NCBI GenBank assembly: GCA_041658985.1
Contig: JBAZZC010000001.1
Location: forward strand, 65,813 to 129,812
Direction: 5' to 3'
Length of the DNA: 64,000 nt
Source of the DNA: Minisyncoccota bacterium
GTDB taxonomy: Bacteria > Patescibacteriota > Minisyncoccia > Phycocordibacterales > DATDWN01
Part shown: piece after piece, positions 8,339 through 18,382 of the stretch
Layout of the letters: each line of letters opens with the position of its first letter
Position numbering within the stretch: the stretch's first letter is position 1
Translations under genes and position numbers: made by a program
Notes under the pieces: model-generated
Told to the model about the DNA's origin: nothing
The model's input: only the letters and a program-made list of their open reading frames with translations
Databases searched by the model: none

Positions 8339-8709
8339 CCCATTAGAGTTAATGATAATGTGTTAATTAGTAAATTAGTGAGAATATTACTATAAAAAAC
8401 CGTCTTTCAATAAATAAACTAGAACTCTAACGGGACAGGTCTCTAAATTATAATATAAAAGACCAAATGTTTCATGATTAACATATTCCACCATTTCACG
8501 TGAAACATCAGTCAGTTTTTCTCAAAAACAGACACTTTGAGGACATGTCTTATTAAAAATGTGTATAGTTCAGGCCATAATTCTAAAGCGACAAATAAAG
8601 GCCATGTGTTTTTATATCAGTCATGGACCTGTCTTTAATACACATGTCCCCAGACTTATCCACAATTTGCTGATAAAACAAAAAGAGCAGAAGCTCTTTT
8701 TTGTCTTTG

Positions 8710-8780
8710 TGCGGGTACCGGGAATCGAACCCGAATCTCGTCCTTGGCAAGGACGTGTTCTACCACTAAACCATACCCGC
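8710..8780 (-). tRNA. tRNA-Gly (anticodon GCC)
   Basis: rc GCGGGTATGGTTTAGTGGTAGAACACGTCCTTGCCAAGGACGAGATTCGGGTTCGATTCCCGGTACCCGCA; anticodon loop TTGCCAA. Confidence 0.85.
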
Positions 8781-8839
8781 ATTGTTTATTTTCCTATTAT
8801 ACACAATAAATATTCTGACTCAAAATACTATTCAGATTT

Positions 8840-8914
8840 TGGTGCACCCGGAGGGACTTGAACCCCCAAAAACAGCTTCGAAGGCTGGCATGATATCCAT
8901 TTCATCACGGGTGC
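8840..8914 (-). tRNA. tRNA-Arg (anticodon TCG), CCA encoded
   Basis: rc GCACCCGTGATGAAATGGATATCATGCCAGCCTTCGAAGCTGTTTTTGGGGGTTCAAGTCCCTCCGGGTGCACCA; cloverleaf with anticodon loop CTTCGAA. Confidence 0.7.
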
Positions 8915-8989
8915 TTCGTGTGTTCATAAGTATATATTTTATTGCAATATGTTGCAATAAAATTCGAATTTAGTTAAAATATTCGAAGT

Positions 8990-9442
8990 ATGGAAAAATT
9001 AATATGTAGTAAATGTAAGCTCTTAAAATCGGTAGGAGATTTTAATTATAAATTTAAATCAAAGGGAATCTACCAGCGCCAATGCAAGATTTGTACAAGA
9101 AATAACGTTAAAAATCACTATATTAATAATAAAAAATACTATCTTGATAAATCACGAAAGAGAAATTTGAAGCTAAGAACAGAGATAAATGAGTATTTAT
9201 TAAACTATTTTAAGAATCACAATTGTATAGACTGTGGTGAATCGGACCCAGTAGTGTTAGAATTTGATCACAGAGATCGAGAACAAAAAGACATGTCTGT
9301 TTCCAGTTTTATGAAGGCAATGAGATTAGATAGGGTAAAAAACGAAATTGAGAAATGTGATGTACGTTGTGCCAATTGCCACAGAAAGAAAACGGCAAAA
9401 CAATTTAATTGGTTTAAATTAATTAATACAAAAAATGAATAA
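8990..9442 (+). CDS. HNH endonuclease-like zinc-finger protein
   Basis: N-terminal CxxC...CxxC, C-terminal CDVRCANCHRKK (HNH-like His-Asn-His context). Confidence 0.5.
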   Translation: MEKLICSKCKLLKSVGDFNYKFKSKGIYQRQCKICTRNNVKNHYINNKKYYLDKSRKRNLKLRTEINEYLLNYFKNHNCIDCGESDPVVLEFDHRDREQKDMSVSSFMKAMRLDRVKNEIEKCDVRCANCHRKKTAKQFNWFKLINTKNE

Positions 9443-11048
9443 TTTCTCAATCCCAAAAGAAGTTACACATGTAACACAAACGCTAGAAAAAGCTGGTTTT
9501 GAGGCTTTTCTTGTGGGTGGGTGTGTTAGAGATTTAATAAGACAGCAATTGGAAATTGGTCAGATGGATGCAATTCAAGGCGGAAATAGAAATAGACGAG
9601 GAGGCGTACATGGGTACGGTGACGAGAATATTTCTATTTCCAACGCAGAAGTGCGCCATATGCCCAATTTTCAACCAAAAGATTGGGATGTAGCGACTAA
9701 TGCCAAGCCAGATGAAATTATAGCCTTATTTAGCAAGACTTTTTATGAAAACGAATTTGGTACAGTTGGGGTTGTAAACGAGCAAACAGACAATGAGACA
9801 CTAAAAGTGATTGAGGTAACTCCATATCGCATAGAATCAAAATATTCTGACGGAAGACACCCGGATAGTGTTGTTTTTAGCCAAAAAATTGATGACGACC
9901 TAAAAAGACGTGACTTTACAATCAATTCTCTGGCCTATTCTGTTTCTGCCTCATCAGCAGACGGGTCACAGGGAACAATTGTTGATTTATACGATGGCCA
10001 GAAAGATATACAAAACAAGGTCTTACGCACAGTGGGTGAGCCAGTAGACCGTTTCACAGAGGATGGTCTACGTATTTTGAGAGCAATAAGACTAAGTACA
10101 GAACTTGGATTTGAAATAGACCCAGATACGGAAAAGGCTATATTTGAGAATTCAAACCTCTTGGAAAACATATCCATGGAACGCATTAGGGATGAATTTA
10201 CAAGGATAATTATGTCAGAGAAACCAATGGACGGCCTACTTGCTATGAAAAAGTTGGGAATTATGAAGTATGTAGTTCCAGAACTTGAAGAAACCTATGG
10301 GGTTGAACAAAACCAAGCCCACGCCTACGACGTCTGGGAACATCTACTTCGTTCTGTACAACATTCAGCCGATAAAAATTTTCCTCTGGAAATTCGTTTG
10401 GCGGCTCTATTACACGATATTTCTAAGCCAGAGAATCGTCGTAGAAGCAAGGACAAAGACAAGTGGACTTTCTATGGCCACGAAGTTGTCGGGGCAAAAA
10501 CAGCAAAAAAAATCCTAACAAATCTAAAATATTCAACAAAAATAATTGAAAAAACTGTAATTCTCGTCAGGTGGCACATGTTCTTCTCCGACACAGAGCA
10601 AATTTCGCTCTCTGCGGTCCGTAGAATGATTGTAAATGTTGGAAGCTCTTCCATATGGGATTTGATGAATGTGCGCATCTGCGACCGTATAGGCACTGGT
10701 AGGCCTAAGGAAGACCCATATCGTCTGCGTAAATACCACGCAATGATAGAAGAAGCCCTTCGAGACCCAATTTCTGTTGGAATGTTAAAAATTGATGGTA
10801 AAGGATTAATGGATGTTACACATGTAACACCAGGGCCAAAGATTGGTTTTACTTTACATGCACTTCTTGAAGAGGTTTTAGAAGACCCAAAGAAAAATAC
10901 AGCTGAATATCTAGAAAAAAGGGCCAGTGAGCTTATTTTACTTCCTGAAAATGAATTAAGGGCACTCGGAGAACAAGGAAAGATGTCAAAGGAAGAAGCA
11001 GATGAGGAGGAAATCAAAAAGATAAGAGGAAAACACTACGTAAAATAG
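9435..11048 (+). CDS. cca: CCA-adding tRNA nucleotidyltransferase with HD domain; contains ~40-aa in-frame insertion
   Basis: GFEAFLVGGCVRDL...DWDVATNAKPDEI (pol-beta NTase head), HD motif HLLRSVQH...LLHDISKP; insertion between VRDLIR and PKDWD. Confidence 0.88.
   Translation: MNNFSIPKEVTHVTQTLEKAGFEAFLVGGCVRDLIRQQLEIGQMDAIQGGNRNRRGGVHGYGDENISISNAEVRHMPNFQPKDWDVATNAKPDEIIALFSKTFYENEFGTVGVVNEQTDNETLKVIEVTPYRIESKYSDGRHPDSVVFSQKIDDDLKRRDFTINSLAYSVSASSADGSQGTIVDLYDGQKDIQNKVLRTVGEPVDRFTEDGLRILRAIRLSTELGFEIDPDTEKAIFENSNLLENISMERIRDEFTRIIMSEKPMDGLLAMKKLGIMKYVVPELEETYGVEQNQAHAYDVWEHLLRSVQHSADKNFPLEIRLAALLHDISKPENRRRSKDKDKWTFYGHEVVGAKTAKKILTNLKYSTKIIEKTVILVRWHMFFSDTEQISLSAVRRMIVNVGSSSIWDLMNVRICDRIGTGRPKEDPYRLRKYHAMIEEALRDPISVGMLKIDGKGLMDVTHVTPGPKIGFTLHALLEEVLEDPKKNTAEYLEKRASELILLPENELRALGEQGKMSKEEADEEEIKKIRGKHYVK
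9545..9676. repeat. ~130-bp palindromic element inserted in-frame in cca
   Basis: terminal inverted repeats gcaattggaaattgg / cccaattttcaacc and inner 13-14 bp inverted repeat ggaaatagaaatag / tatttctatttcc; encodes QQLEIGQMDAIQGGNRNRRGGVHGYGDENISISNAEVRHMPNFQ absent from canonical CCA enzymes. Confidence 0.65.
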
Positions 11049-11050
11049 CA

Positions 11051-11222
11051 TTTTTGAGACACGTATAAATCGTTGGTACAATTTTACTATGCTCGTCAAT
11101 CAAGAAAACAATCTTCCTCGACACTGGCACTTTCGCAAACTCGTCGCTTCGCTCCTCAAACAATGCTTCGTGCTGGCGTGCCTCGTCGTTGTTTTCTAAT
11201 TGACTGTGCAATGTCTTAAAAA
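11051..11222. repeat. ~170-bp intergenic repeat element, copy 2
   Basis: TTTTTGAGACACGTATAAATCGTTGGTAC...gctcgtcaatcaagaaaacaatcttcc...ttgttttctaattgactgtgcaatgtcttaaaaa; antisense small ORF (MHSQLENNDE...) shared with copy 3. Confidence 0.8.
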
Positions 11223-11755
11223 TGCTATTTTACGTAGTAATAAAGAAAGGTGGAAAATAAAAAACCGCCCAATAACCAGGGACCATTGCTACTCAATAGT
11301 CACTAATGATTGGGCGGTTGGGGAGAAGAGTCATCCAGCTATCCAAATAAGCCAGTTATAATAACGAAGCTCAAAATATAGTAGATAGTTGTAGGTTCGA
11401 TTAAGGCTGGACCTACCGAAAACCAGATGGTCTTCTAAAGAGAGGAGTCGCGAACTCCAAAAAAGAAATGCATTTCAAAACAAGGAACAAATTTTTGTAG
11501 AAATTCCGTCCGACGAGATATCGGACATCCAATCTACGTCTGATATAAGTTTATATTTTTTTAAAAGACATGTAAAGGACATTCCTAATCAAAAGGTGGA
11601 TAACTCCAAAACAAAATATTTTTAAAGTCCAATGTCAAGTTAATTGTGCCTTATTTTTCTAAAGAAAAAGCCGGGTCGTAAAACTCGGCTACCCTTGACC
11701 TCCAGGGTGAGGAGCTCTCTTTTGTGGAGAAGAGCAGGAATCCATGAGTACGATA

Positions 11756-12397
11756 TCACGTGGCAGAAGTCACTTTTGGGATAAAGTCTTGGAGGATTTG
11801 CCCCCAATTCTTTCCCCAAATCTTCTGCTCACCATCAACACCAACCTCGATATGACCAACTCGGTTAGTGCAAACAACTCGCACACCGTTGTTTTCTGTG
11901 CTTGACCGCTTGAAGCAATCAAACATAGCAGCGGCTGGATGGTCGTGATGATTCATGTCCGTCACCACCGCCACGTTCTTGACCCCGACAGACAGAGCCA
12001 GGAGAGCGATAGTTGTTCCGAGGGGCATCTCTTGCCCGACAAACCTTTCGCCTCTTGGTCCCTGCTGTCGCTTTGATGCTGGGACCATAAGATCGGTCAT
12101 CACAACATCAAAGTTGGCCTGCTTTTCCAGTTCCTTTGGAAGAACTGTGTACAACAGGTTATAGTACCTGTGAGAATCCTCTTCGGAAGTACCTCGTCCG
12201 GGGTAGAAATCACCCGGAAAACCAGCCTCCACAAGAAGCCGACGCAGAGTCCTTTTTCCAGCCTCGCAGTTCTCAGTCGGTGCCAGGGCGTCCTGCGCAT
12301 CGTCGTATGTCCCAACAATGGTCAACTCGTGACCAGCGAGGGAAATAGTGGCCGAGGTACGGTTGGCTTCGGTGTCATCAAATACTAGGATTTTCAT
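11756..12397 (-). CDS. hypothetical protein with receiver(REC)-like N-terminus, GC-rich island C
   Basis: MKILVFDDTEANR... and FDVVMTDLMVP (phosphoacceptor-like Asp context); strong SD gagaaggagagag before ATG; G+C-rich codon usage unlike neighbours. Confidence 0.45.
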   Translation of the reverse strand: MKILVFDDTEANRTSATISLAGHELTIVGTYDDAQDALAPTENCEAGKRTLRRLLVEAGFPGDFYPGRGTSEEDSHRYYNLLYTVLPKELEKQANFDVVMTDLMVPASKRQQGPRGERFVGQEMPLGTTIALLALSVGVKNVAVVTDMNHHDHPAAAMFDCFKRSSTENNGVRVVCTNRVGHIEVGVDGEQKIWGKNWGQILQDFIPKVTSAT

Positions 12398-12562
12398 GGC
12401 TCTCTCCTTCTCAAAAAACTGTCTACGAGATGTCTCACTCCATCATAGAGAAGAGTACATTCGTAATCTGACATAAGCTTAGCATAAGTTAATGTTTGTG
12501 TCAAGCATTTATTACAGAAATATGGCCAAAATAAAAGACCAAATAAATATTGTCGGGACAGC

Positions 12563-12591
12563 TTGACACAAATATACCTTTGGAATATAAT
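12563..12591 (+). promoter_or_regulatory. consensus promoter TTGACA-17-TATAAT for TrmB-like gene 12600
   Basis: TTGACA 12563-12568, 17-nt spacer, TATAAT 12586-12591, ATG at 12600. Confidence 0.6.
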
Positions 12592-12599
12592 GGGTTTGT

Positions 12600-13388
12600 A
12601 TGAAAAATAATATAAATGTGGACCAAGAAAACCTTCAAGAATCGTTAATTAAATCTGGCCTGTCTGAAAATGAAAGTAAGGTATTTTTGGTATTATTAGA
12701 ACTTGGCCGTGGAACGGTAACACAAATCATGAGAAAAGCTGGGCTAAACAGAACAACAGGATATGATGTTTTAGATAATTTGGTCAGAAAAGATCTCGCT
12801 AGTATTTCTGGTAAGGAACCAAAGGAGGAATATCTGGCCGAATCTCCAGATAAACTTGTTTTATTGATTGAAAAAGAAATAAATGAAAAAAATACACGAC
12901 TTCAAAATATTAAAAAGTTGCTACCAGAAATGAAATCTATTCATAATATAGCTGGAAGACCGAAAGTAAGATTCTACGAGGGGATAGATGGTTTGAAAGA
13001 TGTTTATGAAGACACCTTAACTTCCCACGAAGAGATAAGGGCATATGCAACTGTTGATGATATGCACATGACTATGCCTTCATACTTTTCTACATATTAC
13101 AAAAGAAGAGTAGAAAAAAATATTTCCATCAGAGCAATTATGCCGTCTACCCCCACAGTAAAAGCACGAGCAAGTAGAGACTTAGAGGAAAAAAGACAAT
13201 CTAAACTCATTCCAGTTGATAAATATTATTTTTCTCCAGAAATAAACATTTACGACAACAAAGTAATGATTGCCTCGTGGCGCGAAAAACTCGGGATTAT
13301 TATTGAAAGTGCAGAAATCGCAGATGCAATGAAAAAAACTTATGAGCTAGCGTGGATTGGTGCTGAAGAGGAAAGTAAAAAATTATAA
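12600..13388 (+). CDS. TrmB-family winged-helix transcriptional regulator (paralogue 1 of 3)
   Basis: SENESKVFLVLLELGRGTVTQIMRKAGLNRTTGYDVLDNLVRKDLAS matches TrmB N-terminal wHTH; similar length/architecture to 18383 and 29994 genes. Confidence 0.65.
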   Translation: MKNNINVDQENLQESLIKSGLSENESKVFLVLLELGRGTVTQIMRKAGLNRTTGYDVLDNLVRKDLASISGKEPKEEYLAESPDKLVLLIEKEINEKNTRLQNIKKLLPEMKSIHNIAGRPKVRFYEGIDGLKDVYEDTLTSHEEIRAYATVDDMHMTMPSYFSTYYKRRVEKNISIRAIMPSTPTVKARASRDLEEKRQSKLIPVDKYYFSPEINIYDNKVMIASWREKLGIIIESAEIADAMKKTYELAWIGAEEESKKL

Positions 13389-13423
13389 TATCTCCAATAG
13401 AATAGGGCAGTGGCTAGAACTTA

Positions 13424-16400
13424 TTACTTAATGTCCAGACCGTTATCTTTGATAATCTGTTGAATCTCTGGATCTTGAAGAATGTCTCTATGAATTTTAA
13501 ACGTATTAAGTATTTTCTCAACAGCAGGAATCTCTTTGCGAGAAAGCCGTATGATTATTCCCGCTCTGCCTGCACTCTTAACCTCTGGACTCTCTATAAC
13601 CTCTTCTGAAACAGAGAATTCGTCCACCATTCTCTTTGCCTCTCTAACATGACCCTGGGAAAGTGCACCTACTATTCCCTTTTTGGTGGCCTCTTTAATT
13701 TCTGGGGTTTGTAAAAATTCTTTTGGAACTTTAAACATCTCGAGTATTTTCACTGCATTTTTTATGTGTCCAGCGGATATATATGCAACAACTCGACGAG
13801 TTACATATTTTTTAATTTCCGGGTCTTGTATAGCTTCCTCAGAGACTCCAAGTCGGGTGACAACATCTTCGATTCTTTCATCATTCCCTTCTGACGGATA
13901 CTGACTAATCGCTTTTTGAACTGCTTTGTGAACTGATTCTTGTGGAATTTTAAACCTTTCAACCATTGTACCTACAAAAACCAAATCATACCATTTAAAT
14001 GAAAGTTTGGTATCCATCACGGTTACTGCTTCTCTTTGAATTTCTGTGTCTTGAAAGATTTCGTCTGAAATACCCAGCTTATCAACTGCTACAGATATCC
14101 AACCCATATCAACATGAAGATTGCTGATGATAAGCTCTTTAATTATTTTATCAGTATCTTCTTTCGAAACACCAAATGATTTTACTACGTCCTGACCAGT
14201 AGGAAATTCTTTTTGAGCAAAAAACAACTTAATGAGTTCTCCAGCAGCCCCTTGAACCTTGGGACCGCGCATAAATTCTTCTGAAACTTTGAACATATCG
14301 GCTAGTTTTCTAGCACTAACCGGGCTTTTTCTAGTGAGAGACAAACGCTGAATAATCTCTTCCTGAACCGCTTCCTGCACTTCTGGACTCTGTAACGTTT
14401 CTTCAGAAATCTTAATTACACTGACTAATAATTTAATGCTCTCATCAAAATCGTGTACAGAAGATAAGCGAGAATCAACATTTAGCTGCCTAATAATCCA
14501 ACTCTTGACTGATTCCTGTATCTCGGGACTCTGCAACACTTCTTGCGAGACCTTAAACTGTTTTACTGTTTTTATAGCTTGATCAATATTACCACTAGAT
14601 AAATCCTTAATTATCTTCCTCTTGGCAACTTCTTGAATTTCCGGACTACTTAAAATACTGTCTGGCAACTGAAAATTATCAATTAATATTTGGAGTTTGA
14701 TGTTATTTCCCGAGGAATCGCATGAAATAATGGCATTTTTGACTATTTCATAAACAACACTCTCTTGAACTTTAAATACTCTTATTACCTCCTTTGCCCT
14801 ATCGAAAGATACCTCTGATAAACTCTGGCTAATGACCTTTCTAGCATGTTCCTGAATTTGATTATTTTGAAGTATCACATCTGAAACTTCCATATCACGA
14901 AGCAATGCTACGGTTTTGACACGAAGCTCAGAAGAAGAACAGCCCAAGATATATTTTTTAATTATGGCGTCCTTGGCCTCCTGAGGAACCCTAAATGCCT
15001 TTATTAGTTCTTTGGCAACAAGGAATTTATCAAAAAGTAGATTTTTTGTGATTTTATCCCTAACAGCTTCTTGAATCTTTGGACTATGTAACACTTCATC
15101 TGAAACATCTAGATTACTAAAAATACTTTCGAAGGTACTAAAACTAGTCTCTGAAGAAAGTTTATCTAAAATAAGTGTATTAATGGCTTCTTGAATTTTC
15201 GGATTTTGAGCAACATTCATTCCAAATAGTTTTATCACCTGCCCAGCTTCTACCACACGACCATTTCGAATGAGGTTAAAAGCACAATAAGTAGTAGCTT
15301 CTTGGATTTCTGGGCTTTGTAAAATATCATTTGAAACTTTAAACTTTTCAAATATAAAACTCACATTGTCTACAAGCCACCGGTCAGACAACATCTTTAA
15401 AACAAATGGTTTGACAGCTTCTTGAACTACTGGGTCTTGCAAGATTTCATCTGAAATATTATACAAAACAATTATATTTTTAATTTCAAAACAATTACTG
15501 TATGATAACATATCTATCAATCCTAATTTAACGATTTTTTGAAATTCAGAAGTCTGAAAGAACTCTATTGGAACAGTAAAACGCTTTTGTATTTCAATAG
15601 CCCTAGAATCACGACTTTTTGTAAAACTGTGTATAATCGCTCGCTTAGCAACTTCTTGAACTATCTCTTCTGAAAGATTTAAATTTTTTATTTTTCTAAT
15701 AGCACTATCTGTTTCACCCTCAGCCAATAAATCGACAATTTCATCAATTCTTTTTTTGTTTTCTATAAAAAACTCCTCAAGTTCCCTCCTTTTCTTTATT
15801 TTTTCGGCAATGTTTGGAAATGATTCTTCTAGTTTAAATAGCTTTACAAGAAAAATCTCTCTCTCACCCTCTTTTTCATTTGATAATTGATCTTTAATGT
15901 GCCTTTCAATCATGCTTCTGCAGTAATTCTTAAAACCAGCTCCTGATTCCTTGGACAAGCTAAGTTTGTGCATGAGAGAAGACACTAAACCCTCTTTTTC
16001 ACCCTCACAAAGCTTAGAAACAATTGAAAAAAATTCCTCATATTGACCTGACATTTTTTTACCAGATTCTAAAAATGTTCTGAGTGAAAAAAAGACCGTC
16101 TGACGAGCATCATCATCTCCCAGATCTTTCAAATATCTCGTATCACCCTCACTTGCAAAATATGATGCAAGAGCTATTAATTCTGCTTCAGATAGGTTTT
16201 CTTTTTTTGTTTTATTTATACTAAGTGCTTTAGAAATTTTTGAAAAAGCAGGATTTTTTTGTCTACTTTTTAATTTTATAAATGGAAATAATTTATCCAA
16301 AAATACGTCCAACCCTCCTAAATAATCACAAGCAATTACAATTCTTTCACTATCCTGATTAGTAATTGATATATCTAATATATTATTACTTGTAAGTAGA

Positions 16401-17524
16401 GAAGAGATTGTTTCAAGTTCAGTCTTATTATTAGACAACACAGCGTTTTCTATATTTCTTGCCAAGATTTTACCAAAGTCTACATCATTTAAATATCCTT
16501 TTTTATGCAAATCTATCGCAGATTTAAAATGATGTACAGCTTCACCAGAAGATTTTTTTACATCTTCAAAGTATGAGAGAATTTTACTAATTGCACTTTT
16601 TAATCTTATTTGAAGTCTTACCCGAAAAGATTCTCCTTGAGAATTACCACCAAACTTATCGTATGTTTGAATAATTTTTCCAACCTCTTCTATTTCTTTA
16701 CAGACAGATTCAGGATCCCAGTCATTACCTCCTAATAAAACAGACTCCCTAGCAAATACTGTCATTATTTTTTTGAGATTAGATAAATCTTTTTCTGTTT
16801 CTTCTCTTTCTTTTTCTAATCCTGCCTCTTGACCACTTCTTATTTCTTCAGTTTTTTTCTCTTCTATCCACACATCTTCTAATAAAGGAGATAACCTCAC
16901 CAATACCAATTTTCGCCCAGATATTTGGTTTGTTATCTCATATAATTCAGACGCATGAACAACCGACTCAGACGCACCTTGGGGAATATCCAATCCACTC
17001 AATTGAAGTGAGGTGATTTCTTCTGGAGAAATTTGTCCATCCTGAAGAATTTTTATTAATTCCTCATTTGAATGAATAAGATGTTCTAACCTTTCTTCTA
17101 ATACCTTGCGAGAAATTTGGACTATTTTTTTTGCTTCTTTTGGATCACTAAGTTTTTTAGTAATGTTGTCTATTTCTTTTTTTATCTCTTGTTGAACACT
17201 TTGCCAAATAGAGACATCTTTAGAGATATTTTCCTCAATTTCTTTTTTCTTTCCTTCTAACTCCGCAACTTCTCTTGTAATTGTTTCATAAAGAGCCTTG
17301 GCCTTTTCTACTGCAGGAGCAGTGGCTTCAGTGATTTTATTCGCCTCGGCAAAAAGACCACGAAGCTCGTCTGCTTGTCTACCAATTTGAGTAGCAAGAT
17401 AATTAATATTCTCTATATCAGTTGCTGGTTTTGATTCCGTGTCTGGATCTGGCACAAGGCTTAAAGGTGTGTTTGTGGGTAATGTTGGTTGTTCACTATT
17501 TGGATCGGTTTTCATCTTTATCAT
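13424..17524 (-). CDS. giant (1366 aa) repeat protein: N-terminal coiled coil plus >=13 tandem ~38-aa repeats ending LQ(S/D)PEIQEA
   Basis: recurring ...FKVS.E.LQSPEIQEAV... units through C-terminal ~900 aa; start 16 nt after xth stop, so likely co-transcribed. Confidence 0.75.
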   Translation of the reverse strand: MIKMKTDPNSEQPTLPTNTPLSLVPDPDTESKPATDIENINYLATQIGRQADELRGLFAEANKITEATAPAVEKAKALYETITREVAELEGKKKEIEENISKDVSIWQSVQQEIKKEIDNITKKLSDPKEAKKIVQISRKVLEERLEHLIHSNEELIKILQDGQISPEEITSLQLSGLDIPQGASESVVHASELYEITNQISGRKLVLVRLSPLLEDVWIEEKKTEEIRSGQEAGLEKEREETEKDLSNLKKIMTVFARESVLLGGNDWDPESVCKEIEEVGKIIQTYDKFGGNSQGESFRVRLQIRLKSAISKILSYFEDVKKSSGEAVHHFKSAIDLHKKGYLNDVDFGKILARNIENAVLSNNKTELETISSLLTSNNILDISITNQDSERIVIACDYLGGLDVFLDKLFPFIKLKSRQKNPAFSKISKALSINKTKKENLSEAELIALASYFASEGDTRYLKDLGDDDARQTVFFSLRTFLESGKKMSGQYEEFFSIVSKLCEGEKEGLVSSLMHKLSLSKESGAGFKNYCRSMIERHIKDQLSNEKEGEREIFLVKLFKLEESFPNIAEKIKKRRELEEFFIENKKRIDEIVDLLAEGETDSAIRKIKNLNLSEEIVQEVAKRAIIHSFTKSRDSRAIEIQKRFTVPIEFFQTSEFQKIVKLGLIDMLSYSNCFEIKNIIVLYNISDEILQDPVVQEAVKPFVLKMLSDRWLVDNVSFIFEKFKVSNDILQSPEIQEATTYCAFNLIRNGRVVEAGQVIKLFGMNVAQNPKIQEAINTLILDKLSSETSFSTFESIFSNLDVSDEVLHSPKIQEAVRDKITKNLLFDKFLVAKELIKAFRVPQEAKDAIIKKYILGCSSSELRVKTVALLRDMEVSDVILQNNQIQEHARKVISQSLSEVSFDRAKEVIRVFKVQESVVYEIVKNAIISCDSSGNNIKLQILIDNFQLPDSILSSPEIQEVAKRKIIKDLSSGNIDQAIKTVKQFKVSQEVLQSPEIQESVKSWIIRQLNVDSRLSSVHDFDESIKLLVSVIKISEETLQSPEVQEAVQEEIIQRLSLTRKSPVSARKLADMFKVSEEFMRGPKVQGAAGELIKLFFAQKEFPTGQDVVKSFGVSKEDTDKIIKELIISNLHVDMGWISVAVDKLGISDEIFQDTEIQREAVTVMDTKLSFKWYDLVFVGTMVERFKIPQESVHKAVQKAISQYPSEGNDERIEDVVTRLGVSEEAIQDPEIKKYVTRRVVAYISAGHIKNAVKILEMFKVPKEFLQTPEIKEATKKGIVGALSQGHVREAKRMVDEFSVSEEVIESPEVKSAGRAGIIIRLSRKEIPAVEKILNTFKIHRDILQDPEIQQIIKDNGLDIK

Positions 17525-17539
17525 TCTACCACCACTTAA

Positions 17540-18337
17540 TTATAATCCAATTTCTATTTGTATTGGACAATGGTCGGAACCGAGAATATCTGCCAAAATG
17601 CGAGAGCTTTTTATTTTTGGTAACAAACCCTTACTTGCGAAGAAGTAGTCAATGCGCCAACCGACATTGTTTGCACGAGCATTGGCCCACGGAGCCCACC
17701 AGGTGTAATGGCCCTTGCCTTTTGTAAACTCTCGAAAGGTATCAACAAATCCGGCTGATATCATTTTGTCCATACCAATTCTTTCTTCTTTTGTGTATCC
17801 ATGCTTACCTTCGTTTGGTTTGGGGTTGGCCAAGTCATCTTCTGTGTGTGCTACATTCATGTCCCCACAAAAGACAACTGACTTGGTTTTTTGGAGACTT
17901 CCAACATACTCTAAAAAAGCTGGGTCCCACTGCTTGTAACGAAGGGGGAGACGACTTAAATCCTCTTTAGAATTTGGTGTATAAACATTTACAACGTATA
18001 GGTCCTTAAATTCGGCTGTTATAACACGTCCTTCCGTGTTTGGATTGCCATAACCGTCGTCTTTTATTTTATATTTCTTGCAGATTTCTTCTGAAAACCC
18101 TAGCACCACACTAATTGGTTTCTCTTTTGTAAAAATTGCAGTTCCAGCATAACCAGCCTTTTCTGCTGAGTTCCAGTATTCCTCATATTCCGGCAAGTCA
18201 ACTTCACTTTGATGTTGTTTTGCTTTGGTTTCTTGCAAACAAATAACATCTGGCTTGTATTTTTCTACAAAAGGCACAAAAAGCCCTTTGTTATGTACTG
18301 CTCTAATTCCATTTACGTTCCAAGAAATAATTTTCAT
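17540..18337 (-). CDS. xth: exodeoxyribonuclease III (Xth/APE1 family)
   Basis: MKIISWNVNGIRA...DVICLQETK...C-terminal SDHCPI motif. Confidence 0.9.
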   Translation of the reverse strand: MKIISWNVNGIRAVHNKGLFVPFVEKYKPDVICLQETKAKQHQSEVDLPEYEEYWNSAEKAGYAGTAIFTKEKPISVVLGFSEEICKKYKIKDDGYGNPNTEGRVITAEFKDLYVVNVYTPNSKEDLSRLPLRYKQWDPAFLEYVGSLQKTKSVVFCGDMNVAHTEDDLANPKPNEGKHGYTKEERIGMDKMISAGFVDTFREFTKGKGHYTWWAPWANARANNVGWRIDYFFASKGLLPKIKSSRILADILGSDHCPIQIEIGL

Positions 18338-18382
18338 ACAAGAATTTTAACATTTTGATAAGATAACTGCTATAATTTATAT

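Noticed and set aside
8559-8973. ORFs 8559-8861 and 8782-8973
   Set aside because: They run through the tRNA-Gly(GCC) and tRNA-Arg genes; spurious
9945-9966. minus-strand CUGCUGAUGAGGCAGAAAC resembling a minimal hammerhead core
   Set aside because: No room for helix II with a loop between CUGAUGA and GAAA, and it is inside the cca coding sequence; not a ribozyme
11280-11480. Possible tmRNA (T-loop-like GGTTCGATT, possible tag-like codons)
   Set aside because: No tRNA-like acceptor pairing with a CCA end, no GGGG 5' start, no plausible tag peptide ending in AA before a stop
12100-12388. Several 70-aa ORFs on the + strand opposite the island C gene
   Set aside because: Overlapping alternative-frame ORFs generated by GC-rich sequence; Arg/Pro-rich junk composition
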